Source: the human T2T-CHM13v2.0 reference genome, Homo sapiens. From it: DNA of 64,000 bases. Both the position numbers and the translations under genes were made by a program. Below the pieces are notes generated by a model that was given only the letters and a program-made list of their open reading frames with translations, searched no databases and was not told where the DNA came from. The stretch lies in NCBI RefSeq assembly GCF_009914755.1, contig NC_060928.1; one strand, 5' to 3'. Of the stretch, positions 40,586-53,870 are shown piece after piece; position 1 is the stretch's first letter, and each line of letters starts with the position of its first letter.

Positions 40586-43500
40586 AGCCTTAAGAGTATT
40601 CCATTGTGTATATATACGACATTTTAAAAATCCATTCATGCTTCAGTAGACACAGGTTTTTTGCATATCTTGGCTCTTGTGAAAAATTCTTCAGTGAAGA
40701 TGGGAGTGCAGATATGTCTTCAAAATACTGATTTCAATTCCTTTGGGTATATACTGTACCCCAAAGTGGGATTGCTGGATTATATTGCAATTCTTTTTAT
40801 AGTTTTTTGAGGAAGCTCAATACTGTATTCCAAAATGGCTGTACTAATTTATAATATCACCACCAGTATACAAGGGTTTCTTTTTCTCCACATCCTCGCC
40901 AACACTTACCTTTTGTTTTTTTGATCCAATTGAACAGGTAGGTATGAGGTGATATTTCATTGTGGTTTTGATTTGCATTTCTCTAATGATTAGCGATATT
41001 GAGAATTTTTTTCTTGTATCTGTTAACTACTTCTGTCTTCTTTTGAGAAATGTCTATTCAGGTTTTTTGTACATTTTTAAATAGGTTTATTTGTTTTCTT
41101 GTTACTGAGTAATTTGTGTCCTTGTATATTTTGAATATTAGCCCCCTTATCTGATGTACAATTTGCAAATATTTTCTCCCAATCTGTGCATTATCTCTTC
41201 ACTCTATTGTTTCTTTTGCTGCCCTGAAACTTTTTAGTTGAATACAATTATATTTGTCTATTTTTGCTTTTGTTGCCTGTGCTTCTGGGATTATATCTGA
41301 GAAGTCACTGTTACAGACCTGTCATGGAACTTTCCCCCTACGTTTTCTTCTAGTAGATTTACAGTGTCATGTCTTACATTTAAGTCTTTAATCCATTTTT
41401 TACTTTATTCTTGTATAAGAGTGAAATAAAGGTCCTTTTCATCCTTTTTCATGTGGATATCCAGTTTTCCCATTTATTGAAGAGACTGCCCTTTCGTCAT
41501 TTTGTCTTCTTGGTACCTCTGTCAAAATTGACTGTAGAGGTGTGGGTTTATTTCTGGGCTGTCTATACCATTCGGTTGGTCAGTGTGTCTGTTTTTATGC
41601 CAGTACATTCTGTTTTGATTACTACAGCTTTGCAATATATTTTGAAATCCAGTTGTATGATGCCTTTAGCTTTGTTATTTTTGGTTATGAATGCTTTGGC
41701 TATTGGGGTCTCTTGTGGACCCATATGAGTTTTACAATTGTTTTTCTGTTTCTGTTAAAAATGACATTAGAATTTTGATAGAGATTGCATTGAATCTAAA
41801 GACTGCTTTGGTAGTATAACATTTTAACAATATCAGTCCTTCAAATCCATGAACACAGGGTATCTTTTCTTTTATTTGTGTAATCTTCAATTACCTTCAT
41901 CAATGTTTTATAGTTTTCAGTATAAAGATCTTCCATCTCTTTGGTTAAATTTACTCATAAGCATTTTATTTATCTATTTTTGACACTATTACAAATGGGA
42001 TTGTTTTCTTAATTTCTTTTTCACATAGTTTGTTATTAGTATGTGGAAACACTACTTTTTTTTGTATGTTAATTTTATGTTCTGCAACTTTGCTGAATTA
42101 GTTCATTAGTTCTAACAAGTTTTTGGTGAAGTCTTCTGAATTTTCTATGTAAAATATCATGTCAGTAAAGAGACAATTTCACTTCTTCCTTTCCTATGCA
42201 GATGCCTTTTTTTTTAATTGCCTAATTGTTCTGGCTCAGATTTCCAGTACTATGTTGAACAGAGGTGGTGAGAGTGGGCATCCTTGTCTTGTTCCTGATC
42301 TTAGAGGAAAAGCTTTCAATTTTTCACTGTTGAGTACAATGTTAGCTGTGGGCTTTTAATATATAACCTTAGTTGTTTTGAGGAACATTCCTTCTACACC
42401 TAATTTTATCATAAAAGGAAGCTGGATTTTATCAAGTGCTTTCTCTGCATCAAATTGAGAAATCATACACTTTTTGTCCTTCATTCTGTTAATATGGTGA
42501 ATCACATTTATTGGTTTGTATATGTTGAACCAAACTTGCATTACAGAGATAAATCGCACTTAATCATGGTGAGTGATCCTTTTAAAGTATTGTTGAATAT
42601 GGTTTCCTCGTATTTTGTTGTGAAATTCTGCATCTGTTTGTCAGTGATATTGGCCTATAGTTTTCTTTTTTCATAGTGTCTTTGTCCAGTTTTAGAGGAA
42701 GAGTAATGCAGCCTCATAAAATGAGTTTGGAAGTATTCTTTCTTCTTCAGTTCTCTGGGAGAGTTTGAGTATAATTGGTATTAGTTTTTAAAAAATATTT
42801 CATAGAATTCAGTTATGAAGCCATCTGGTTCTGGGTTTTTCTTTGATGGGTGACTTATAAAGCCTGATTTAGTACTCTGACTCATTATTGGTCTGTTTAG
42901 ATTTCCAGTTTCTTCATGATTCAGCGTGGTAGGTTACATGTTTCTAGGAATTTATCTATTTTTTCTAGGTCGTTCAATTCATTAGTGCATAATTGCTCAC
43001 AGTAGTCTCATGATTCTTTCTCTTTCTGTTATCAGTTGTAATGTCTCCTTTTTTATTTTAAATTTTATTTATTTGAGTTTTTTTTTTCCTTAGTCTAGAC
43101 AAGGGCTTGTCAGTTTTATTTAGCTTTTCTAAAAACCAATTTCTTAATTTTATTGATCTTTTCTATTGGTTTTCTAGTTTCTGTTTTATTTATTTATGCT
43201 CGATCTTTGTTATTTCCTTCCTTCTGCTAACCTTGGGCTTAGTCATACTTCTTTTTCTAGTTCCTTAAAGTATAATATTAGGTTGTTTATTTGAGATCTT
43301 TCTTCTTTTTTTGATGTAGATGCTTATTGCTATAAACTTCTCTCTTAGAACAGCTTTTAACATATCCCATAAGTCTGGTATGTTGTGTTTCCATTTTGAT
43401 TTGTCTCAAGATTTTAAAAATTTCTCCTTTAATTTCTTCTTTAACCCAACAGTTTTTCAGGGGCATGTTATTTAATTTCCACAAATGTGTTCATTTTCCA

Positions 43501-45563
43501 TGATTCCTCCTGTTCTTGATTTTTAGTTTCATACCACTGTGGTCAGAAAAGATAGTTAATATAGGATCTTAGTTTTCAAAATTATGAATCAATGTAGCTT
43601 GACTAGATGACCTTGATGGCCACCTACAACTGTAAAATATAATGCTCTTATTTTAACTCACTGAAGATTGCCCTCCTCCTCCACTGAATTGACTCAGAAT
43701 ACTTAGGATTTTGTCAAGTTATATATTTGCTGCCTATCTATCTGAAATTTAGTGGAATTTTGTTTTGTTTTTAATGCAATTGAACTATTGCAATGAATAG
43801 ATATAATGGAAATTTTGTAGTGAAATGTTTTTCACTACATTTAAAGAAAAGTCACTGGATGGCAGTTAATTATATAAAAGTACAAAGACAGTAATAATAA
43901 AATAAGTAAATATAAGATAACTAGCTGTATGTATATAAACTAAGAACATTCTGATGGTAAAGATGGGCATGAGTTAAAAAAATTTCTAGGCATTATATTT
44001 AAAACAATCTGCCTGCACTGATCTAAATAAAAACAGCTTCTCAAACTTCCATCTTCTTCTATATCACCATGTTTCAGGATTAAATTGTTGTTGTATTTTT
44101 TGACTATTAAAGGCACAACATTTGTCAACTCAACACTCTTCAGACTTTATCAATAACAAAAAGTTGCTAATGCTTGATGAGATGATGAGTGAGAAGGTGG
44201 GAGGCAGAAGCAGCCAACAGAGAAGACAAAGGATCTAAGAAAATGAGAGAGAAAGAAAGGAGAAAAATATGTAGAAATTTCAAGTTGATGATAACATTCT
44301 AAGACCAGATGAACACTTACTTTATTTTCTGGAAAAGAATCATTGACCTCATGAAACACATTGTGAATGTGTTTTTTTCTTCCTGACTCAACCTATGAAC
44401 AGGACATTGAATTCAAGATTGACTACAAAGTTAATAATTACATAAAATTATATAAAATAAAAGTACGAAGGCAATAATAATATAAGTAAATATAAGATAA
44501 CTATGTATAACTATATGTACAACTATATATACATAGTTTGTAACTATGTCTACAAGCTGAGAACAGTCTGGTAGTAAAGATGTGCCAATATAAGAAAGTT
44601 CTATTTGATGTTGACCATGACAAGGCACACTTCATCCCGAAGGCATTTTTGACGGTAAATCTAAACAGCCTGTTTTCTTTTTCAAAGAGTTTACTGGTGA
44701 GCAGCCAGACATTTGAAAATAGTTTCTGTTTTTCCACAGCTTGAAGATCGAATCAGAAAAAGTAGTACAATCATTTTGAAAATAAATATTTTTAAAACAA
44801 ATCTCTTGGACGATGATTTGTTTTATATAAACAAATTATATGTAATATATTTTTATTCCTTCTCTATATAAAAATACTTACTTTAGGCATTTTGCTATGT
44901 TGTATTAAGAAAATGTCTCCTCCACCCCACTGCCAAGGGGCTGTTTCTTTCAGATGAAAAGGTTGTTCTTTTCTTAATACTAGCTAGGTCACTTTGGTAG
45001 TTTGCTGTCAGGACATGAAGTATTATTAGTGTTCTCTCACTTGCCAATGAAGGTAATTTTGAATGCCTCCAGTCAGCATTTTGTTTTGGAAAGAAAATTG
45101 ATTCAGGATCTAATGCTTGTTGAGATTATGGGAATAATTCACCAATCTGTGCCTCGTCTAAAAGGAAAGCAGTGGACATAACTTACCATTGTCCATCTTT
45201 AACATTTTATGATTGGAGTAAAAACCAGAGAGAAATGATGTAATGCTTGAGGCAAATTATTACACTCAAACTCTTTCATGTTGTATCTCTAGTACCCTAA
45301 GGATGGAGCTGTCCATGACTGTCAGCTGACAGTCACATTATTGCCTTGTAAGGTAAGAAAAGGTTACTTTATTTAACTTCTATGAACCAGGATATGCATT
45401 ACTTGTTAAAGATACAAAACCAAATAAATTGTGACTCTTGTCCCTGAGCAAGTGTGGCAGTATTTGCAGATGAAGTTGTAAACAGAGTTAAACTGTTATA
45501 TAATAGTAAATAGAAAGCATACATTCAAACGAAATTATTCAGGGATTGAAAATATTTGCTGAT

Positions 45564-46440
45564 TATATTAGTTTCTTATTGCTGTTGTAACAAAGTACCA
45601 AAACTTAGTGATTTTAAACATCACAAATCTATTATTTTATAGTTCTGAAGTCAGAAGTCAAAATGAGTCCCAACCAGGCTAAAATCAAGGATTTGGTCGG
45701 GCTGTGTTTCTTTCTACAGGCACCAAGGGAATTCATTTTCTTACTTTTTCCAGCTTCTAGAGGCCACCTGCACTTTTTGCTTCATGCTAGCCCTCTCCTC
45801 TCTTCAAAGCCAGCAATGAACAGTTTAGTCTTTCTCACATCATGTTACTCTGACACTGACTCTTCTGACTCCTCTTTCACTTATAAGGACTCATATGATT
45901 ACCTATCACCCACTAGAAAATCCAGGATAGTCTCCCCATCTGATATGGTTTGCCTATGTCCCCAACCAAATCTCATCTTTAATTGTAGCTCCCATAATTC
46001 CCACATGTTGTGGGAGGGACCTGGTGGGAGATAACTGAATCATGGGGGTGATTCCTCCATACTGCTCTCATGGTAGTGAATAAGTCTCACAAGATCTATT
46101 GGTTTTATAAGGGGAAATCCCTTTCACTTGGTTCTCAGTTGCTCTCTTGCCTGCTGCCATGTGAGACGTGCCTTTGCCTTCTGCCATGAGTGTGAGGCCT
46201 CCCAGCCATGTGGAACTGTGAGTTCATTAAACCTCTTTTACTTCATAAGTTACCCAGTCTCGGGTATGTCTTTATCAGCAGCATGAAAATGAACTAATAC
46301 ACCTTCTCAACATTAATTTATTAACAATTTTAATTCCATCTGCAGCCTTAATTCCTTCTTGTCATGTAACATAGCATATTCACAGTTTCCAGGAATTAGG
46401 ATGTAGACATCCTTAGGAAGCTATTATTCTGCCTACCACA
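45564..46440 (-). mobile_element. MLT1D-like MaLR LTR interrupted by THE1
   Basis: tattagtttcttattgctgttgtaacaaagtacca...attctgcctaccaca. Confidence 0.82.
45941..46301 (+). mobile_element. THE1B/C-like MaLR solo LTR
   Basis: tgatatggtttg...gaactaataca; TSD CCATC/CCTTC. Confidence 0.92.
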
Positions 46441-46836
46441 TTGATGGGACTATAAATCTTGGGTTTTCATGTAGCTTTCATGACCAATTCCAGTTAATCT
46501 TACTCATGCAATGGTCATTTAAAAACATGCAATTAGTTCCATGAATTTGAAGTCCTCACCAATCTGATATGAGCCTTTAAAAATTCATCCAGAACAGAAA
46601 GGACAACTGGATTAGAACATTGCTGGCATGGCTTTTATGAGAACTGCGTGCCTATAGTCCCAGTCTGTATGTTCAATTCTGGTTCATTCTGACCGTGTGT
46701 TGCTTCAGTATGTACAACTCCAAGGAACTGATGTTTTCTTAGCACCATCTGTTTATTACAGATTATGAGTCATCAGTTGGCTCCCAGAACCTTAAGGCCT
46801 TAGACACTTTAATATTAATTCATAAGTCTTTGTGAG

Positions 46837-47147
46837 TATGAACCCTGAAAATCTGAGACAGGTCTCAGTTAACTTAGAAAGTTTATTTTCCCAAGGTTGA
46901 GGATGCATGCCCATGACACAGACTCAGGAGGTCCTGATGGCATATGTCCAAGGCGGTCAGGGCTCAGCTTGGTTTTATACATTTTAGGGAGGCATGAGAC
47001 ATCAATCAATATGTATAGGATGTACATTGGTTCAGTCTGGAAAAGTGGGACGACTTGAGGCAAAGATGGGACAACTCAAAGTGGGGAGGGGGCTCCCAGA
47101 TCAAAGGTAGATAAGAGACAAATGGTTGCATTCTTTTGAGTTTCTGA
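46837..47147 (-). mobile_element. MER4A LTR lacking its 5' part
   Basis: Reverse complement of the same LTR family as 17133-17561 (tctgagacaggtctcagttaa). Confidence 0.88.
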
Positions 47148-47413
47148 TTTCTGTCACTCAGGCTGGAGTGCATGGCCTGACCCCAGCTCACTGCAATTTC
47201 TCCCTCCTGGGTTCAAGCAATTCTCATGCTTCAGCCTCCCAATAAGCCGGAATTACAGGTATGCGCCACCGTGCTAGGCTAGTTTTTGTATTTTTAGTAG
47301 AGACGGGTTTTGCCATGTTGACCAGCTGGTCTCAAACTCCTGGCCTTAAGCAGTCTGCCTGCCTCGGCCTACCAAAGTGCTGGGATTACAGTTGTGAGCC
47401 ACTGCACCTGGCC
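47148..47413 (-). mobile_element. Alu lacking its 3' end and A tail, fused to the MER4A LTR
   Basis: Begins ctgtcactcaggctggagtgca with no poly(T). Confidence 0.9.
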
Positions 47414-48354
47414 AGTGGAAACACATTTAAATGCTCCTCTCTTTTGAAAACAACAGTTATTTTTTTGAACTGTAAAGGAAATACTTGTTAATTATAGACA
47501 TTTTGAAACAATTCTAAAATTCAAAGAATTAAAATCATCCATAACTCTTTTACCTACTTGTAGTTAGGTTTTTGTTATATTTTCTCTCTAGTCGGTAATA
47601 ATATTTTCTTGAATGATGTGAAAAAATCAGTAGTTCTTGGTGTTTTGTGGTTTTTTTTCATTATTTATAATTCAATCAGCCTCATTTTACCAATTTATTT
47701 CCAACTCAATAAGGAGTTGAAAATTTTATATACAGCTAGAGCCTAAAAATGATAAATCCAATTTTCCTGTCTTACAGAAATTTGGAAATGGAGTTTACAT
47801 AAGCATTACCTTTCTACTCTTCCTAACCTGTAGGGCCACTACATGGCATCTTTTCTTTTTAATAAAAAGGAAAGAAAAGTCTAAGTATTTATTTAGAGCA
47901 AACATTCTGTTAGCCATGGGAAAATGAAAGGTTATAAAACACTTGTCTTCAAAGAGTTTATAGTGCAGTTGTATAGGAAGGCACACCTTCAAAGAAAATG
48001 TCAATGCAACTGGAAGATGGGCTCTAAGGACCCAGCCTCTCTAATGGAGGAGGTAACATTGCCCAAAGAATCTCTTTCCAGAGAGGATTAAAGCTTCCTC
48101 TCTTTGGTTATAAGAACATGGCAGGTGCCAAGTGTTCATCCTGGAGGGTCACCAGAAAATGATGGGCCGGTGAATCTGGAGAAGTACAAAACTGGGTCAG
48201 GTATAGTCAGTTCCTGAGAGAATCATGGTACCATTCACCAAGATAAGTAAATCCCAAGGAAAGTGGACATTATTTTTCTGAAAAGGAAAATGAATGATTT
48301 TTTCTGGACATGATTGACTGTGATCCTGTGGTGATATCCTGCATCAGGTATCAA

Positions 48355-48543
48355 AGAATCATAAATCAATGAACAATTAATATTTGAAGGGATTTTAGAG
48401 TCAATTATTGTGTTAAAATTTTTTCATTTTAGACATAGTGGAAGATAAATTTCCAAGAGATTTAATAATTTTGCAAATGCCACCAAACAAGTTGGTTGTA
48501 GAAGTGGGACTAAAAGATAAATTCCTTCCTTTTATGCTACCAG
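48355..48543 (-). mobile_element. MIR fragment flanking LTR5B #3
   Basis: tcattttagacatagtggaa...gtagaagtgggactaaaa. Confidence 0.5.
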
Positions 48544-49516
48544 TGTGGGGAAAAGAAAGAGAGATCAGATTGTTACTGTGTCTGTGTAGAAAGAAGTAGA
48601 CATAAGAGACTCCATTTTGTTCTGTACTAAGAAAAATTCTTCTGCCTTGAGATGCTGTTAATCTGTAACCCTACCCCCAACCCTGTTCTCCCTGAGACAT
48701 GTGCTGTGTCAATTTAAGGTGAAATGGATTAAGGGCTGTGCAGGATGTTCTTTGTTAAACAAATGCTTGAAGGCAGCGTGCTTGTTAAGAGTCATAACCA
48801 CTCCCTATTCTCAAGTACCCAGAGACACAAAACACTGCGGAAGGCCACAGGGACCTCTGCCAAGGAAAGCCAGGTATTGTCCAAGGTTTCTCCCCATGTG
48901 ATAGTCTGAAATATGGCCTGGTGGGAAGGGAAACACCTGACTGTCCCCAAGCCCGACACCATAAAGGGTCTGTGCTGAAGAGGATTCGTAAAAGAGGAAG
49001 GAACGCCTCTTTGCGGTTGAGATAAAAGGAAGGCTTCTGTCTCCTACTCATCCCTGGGCAATGGAATGTCTCGGTGTAAAGCCCGATTGTATATTCCATC
49101 TACTGAGATAGGGGAAAACCGCCTTAGGGCTGGAGGTGGGACATGCTGGCAGCAATACTGCTCTTTAAGGCATTGAGATGTTTATGTATATGCACATCAA
49201 AAGCACAGCACTTTTTTCTTTACCTTGTTTATGATGCAGAGACATTCGTTCACCTGTTTACCTGCTGATCTTCTCTCCACTATTATCCTATTGTCCTGCC
49301 ACATCCCCCTCTCCGGGAAATGCCCGATAATGATCAATAAATAGTAAGGGAATTCAGAGGCCGGTGTCAGCGTGGGTCCTCCGTATGCTGAACGCTGGTC
49401 CCCTGGGCCCATTTTTCTTTCTCTATACTTTGTCTCTGCGTCTGTTTATTTTCCAAGTCTCTCGTTCCACCTGATGAGAAACGCCCACAGGTGTGGAGTG
49501 GCAACCCACCCCTTCA
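48544..49516 (+). mobile_element. HERV-K(HML-2) solo LTR, LTR5B-type (#3)
   Basis: 973 bp, canonical termini, perfect 6-bp TSD TACCAG. Confidence 0.96.
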
Positions 49517-49719
49517 TACCAGCACATGGGAGGTATCAGAAATCCTGAGTTTTTGTTCTTTGTTCTTTGGTGATGGTGGGTTCAGTTGTCTCAGATAATC
49601 TCAAAAGGGAATTTTGGACAAGGTAACCCCCAACATTCTTTCCAGCTTTGATAGTCTGCTACCATCAGATAAGCTCAGGAGAAATGAGTCTTGCGGAAGA
49701 ATGGATTTGTAAGCACTGA

Positions 49720-51250
49720 GAATGTTTAAGATCCCTGAGGGAAAAAATGATGACAGGGATCAAGATATCAATGATTAACCTTTGTGCTACTCTTTGATAT
49801 ACGGTGTGGAAGAAAGAAGAGAAACCACAAAGGACACCCACAGAGAAGTGGGTAGTGAAGTAGAAGAATAGGAATAGGCCTGGGACTGAAACAAAAGGAG
49901 GGGCTGAAGAAGGACTGATTAAATATGGCAAATGCCACAGACATCAAGGCGGATGGGAACTGGGAAAGGGCAACGAGATTTTATAATGAGATTGGACAAC
50001 AAGAGTCTTTGTATATAAAATATTTAAAGTACATTGATTAAATTATCTATGAGAAGATGGATACAAAAGAGAAAATATTGAATGTAGGTAGTTGGAAGAT
50101 ATATAAGAGTCAGAGATAAAGTGTATAGAATTGGGCAGGCTATAAGCCCAATTGCAGGCAGAAGAGATGAAGAGCAAGAGATTGAAGGTTTGTGAAAGAG
50201 GATTTGTCTGATGGCATGAAGTTCCAGAAGAGGTGGAAGATGGGGAATACCCTTAACACAGATAGAGAGGCTGATTTGGGCAAGGAGAAGGGCACCTCTT
50301 CCTCTGAAAAAGGAGTATAGGAAGAGTAGGCACCTGAAAACACAGAGAAATTTAGAGTTCTGTGGACACAGAGCTGGTTTGAGGTGGGGGAAAGAGTATA
50401 CAAAGCATTTTGTGACAAAGAATTTGTCTTCTTAGTCATTATGGTGGCAACGCCCAGGCTGAGTGGTGAGACTGAGTAGCTGAGGACTGAGCAAAAAGAT
50501 CCAAGCAGGGGCTGGAGGGAGAGATCCACAGAGAGTTAATAAAAGAATGGGGAGCTGCTGTAAAGTTAGGTAGAAAATGTTTCAGTGCTTCTCTGATGCA
50601 TAATTTTATGACCTTGATTTTAATGTTTGGAGACTGAGGGTAGAACTGTAGAAAGCAGGTTTCCCAGGGCTAGGGCTTAGCAGAACTGAAAATTAAAGGA
50701 TAGAAGCTGCCGGGGACTCCAAGCAGCTTAAAGTTGCTGATCATGTGTCTCAGGCTGAACAGTGAGGTGATGAAGTGGTAAAGGTACTAATGAGCTAGAT
50801 AAACTGGTGGGATTAAGGGGCTGGCCCTCACACTAGGGGAGCAGCAAGATCAGTAACATGAGGGAATGGGAAATGCTAGGTCAGAAAGTCGTGGCTGGAG
50901 AGAAAAATAGTTGAGTGAAAGGAGGAAGCAGAGAAAATGGCTTATGAAATAACAGATCTCTGACCCTGTGGAGCTCACATACCATCGGAGAAACCATCAG
51001 TAAACAATAAAAATAATAAATGAGAAGATTACTTAGCAGTATGAGGAAAAGGGGAGAGGAGAGCAGAGTAAGGGAGATTGGGACTGCCAGGGGAGGGGGA
51101 CGGGAAGGAAGTTTTCACAGTGTGGTTGTCAGGCGTCACTGAGGTGTGATTTGAGTAAGGATGGATGGAGGTGAAGGTGGTCCAGGGCAAGAGAGTTCTA
51201 AGAAGAGTGGGCAGCGTGGAGTGTGCGAGGCATAGCAGGGAGGCTGTCCA
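49720..51250 (-). mobile_element. Highly diverged L2 fragments
   Basis: Purine-rich L2-like segments, e.g. ccctgtggagctcacat and gagagttctaagaagagtgggcagc. Confidence 0.5.
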
Positions 51251-52711
51251 CTGATTTTTGCTACATTGTGTTGCTGGGCTTGTGCCTTCTCTGAGCTGCA
51301 GAGCTGTGAATCTCTGCTTTTATGTCGTGACTAGAGCTTGGAATGGTGCATGCTCTGTCCCGGATCCCTTTCCTCTACGTAGTAGCAGTATCCACATTGT
51401 TGTTTTTGTGCCTTACTTCTAAAATACAAGAGTCTGTATCGCAGGTATTAGGTGTGCAAGTTCCTGGCTGTGAAAAAAAATAATAATTTTCTACCTAATC
51501 TGATCTTAAGCTAGAGGAATAGACTCAGAAATGGAGCAAATGAATCTTTACCCTTTTGCGATTTGGATATTCAGAAGAATAGACTTTTATCTATTAAAAT
51601 GTTTCACTGAGACTGTAAGTCTTTATTGGACAGTAGGGGTTTAGAATTAATAGAATCACCCAAAAGATCTCAGTAACAAAATACATTCTTAGTAACTGAT
51701 ATGAGAATTCTTCTGAGGAAAAAATACTTGCTGTTAAAATGCCTGGCTGGATAGGCCCTGAGGAATTCATAGATTTTGACGAAGGCTTTGGATTATGAAG
51801 TTATGAAATTGAGGGGTTGAGTCAAGACTGTTAATTTCTTCAGGAGTCAGAGAGGCTTGATCTTGGATCTGAATTATATAGGAGTTAAGAGTAATTTGGA
51901 AATTGATTCAAGTCAGAAAATATATTAACAGTGGCTATTCATTTGTTATGATTATGCACATTCTATTATGCATTGCTGACATTCAAAGAGAACCACCTGA
52001 CATGGAATTTTCCCTTAAGCACAAGAATTCTTTCGTAAATGTTCCCTAAGTATCTATAATAATGAAACAAAGAGGATTTCCAAAGATCAAACAAACTTTT
52101 TAATCAACAATTAATCCCAGGAACAAGTTGTAAAAATACATTCATTACAGGAAAGCCACGTTTACCTTAGCATTCTAACAAATAATTAATTTGAAATAGA
52201 GTTTGAGTAAATTTGTAATCAAAGACAAGAACAAAGCCCAGAAGTCAGGGTGTGAGTGACAGTATTGCTTGATAAAACTCCCTGGGATTTCTGTAGTCTG
52301 TTACATGTTTGTTTATAGGAGCTCAGCTGAGAATGTTCAATTCATCAAAACAAAGTTATCTTTCCAAGATGTTCTTATAAACGCCATTAAGACCACATTG
52401 TCTAAGATGAACTCCTGTCCAGACAGAATTGGAAACTGACATGTAATTTTCCAACCCATATAGCTAGTGAAGTTGGAATCTTTTAATGTAATTTCTATTA
52501 ACTGGTGACTGCCAGGAGATTATAAAGAATTTATGTTCCCAGATAATATAAGTGCTCACAACTTCTGCAGGGAAATCTCAAATCATACTCATTTACTGTA
52601 TCATGGTCTAGGCCGGAAGGTTATCTGTCTTCAGTAGCCAATATTCAAGGTAGCAGTTGGCTTTGTTTTTGCTTTCTCTCTTTAATGAGGTTGCTCAGCT
52701 TAAAATGTGTG

Positions 52712-52947
52712 TCCCCACCCCTCCCCTCTACTCCCTTCCCCTTCCCTCCCCTCTCTTCCCCTCCCCTTCACTCCTCTCTCCTCCCCTCATCTTCCCTCCC
52801 CTCCTCTTCTTTCCCCTCTCCTCCCCTCCTCTTCCTTCCCCTCTCCTCAACTCTCCTCCCCTCCTCTTCCTCCCCCTCTCTTCCCCTCTCCTATTCTCCC
52901 CTCCCCTCCCCTCCCCTCCCTTGCCCTCCCTTCTCCTCTTCTCTTTC
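52712..52947. repeat. Polypyrimidine (CCCTC/CCCTT)n low-complexity tract
   Basis: About 235 nt, almost entirely C/T. Confidence 0.93.
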
Positions 52948-53213
52948 AGTTCCCAGGGAGGTAGCAAAAACACTGAATTTCTAAACTGCCATCCTAATTG
53001 ATAAAGTTTAAAGTCCAAGAGCTTTAATGTGCCACTGTGTTCTTCTGAAACCCTGTTTGTAACATGTCAATAGCTTTTTGATGCTCTTAAGAGCTCAGGG
53101 AAAACACATATGATTCTTCTATCTGTCAAGCGTCACCTTCTGACAATCTCACCTCACACACCAAGCATCATACGAGGGAGGAGGTTGAGTCAGGAAAAAA
53201 TTTCTGGTGGAAG

Positions 53214-53286
53214 ATATATATATATATGTGTGTGTGTGTGTGTATGTGTATATATATGTGTGTGTGTGTATATATATATATATGTA
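53214..53286. repeat. Compound (TA)n(TG)n microsatellite
   Basis: Uninterrupted alternating purine-pyrimidine tract. Confidence 0.92.
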
Positions 53287-53439
53287 AAAGCTAAAAACCA
53301 ATGGATGAACAGAAGCTACCCAGGCAATGAAGACAGCTAAGAGTGTTCTGGAAAAGGGGAGAGATATCAAAATAATTTAAATATGGATCCTATGGATCCT
53401 TGTAATATAGTTCAGTATGGATCATAGTAGCACATTAAA

Positions 53440-53870
53440 GCTCTTGGCTGCATTGTAGTGAATAACCTAGGGGATAAAATGGAGATAAGCAAGTGAGGTG
53501 ATAACCCAGGTGAGTAATTAGGGTGACTCAGAATAGGGCAATTGTGGGGGCTATTGGAAAGAGACAAATCTGAAAAATGATTAGGAGGTAAGTTAAACAA
53601 AATTTGATTTTCGGCTGAATATGAGAGTGAAGGAGAGAAAAGAGTGAGGGAAAACTCAGGTTTCCAGCTTGAGTAATTGGTTGGAGAGTGACGTTATTCA
53701 CTAGGAAAGGGAACACCTAGGGAGAAGCTGGTTGGAAGAAAGGTGAAGATGGTGAGTTCAGTTTTGAATATGTTGAACTTTAAATGTCCAGAAGCCATCA
53801 CAGTAGCTGTGCCCAATAGACAGGTATGCACACAAGGCTGGGGCTCAACAGAGAAATCTAGCCTAATGAT
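53440..53870 (-). mobile_element. L2 fragment
   Basis: caggtttccagcttgagtaattgg...gatggtgagttcagttttgaatatgttgaa. Confidence 0.75.

Noticed and set aside
44723-44790. Plus-strand acceptor tttctgtttttccacag followed by AATAAA as a terminal exon
   Set aside because: Single motif match in AT-rich sequence with no recognisable coding content or partner exon.
52657-53018. Pro/Leu/Ser-rich and Gly/Arg/Glu-rich ORFs
   Set aside because: Stop-free by composition of the polypyrimidine tract.
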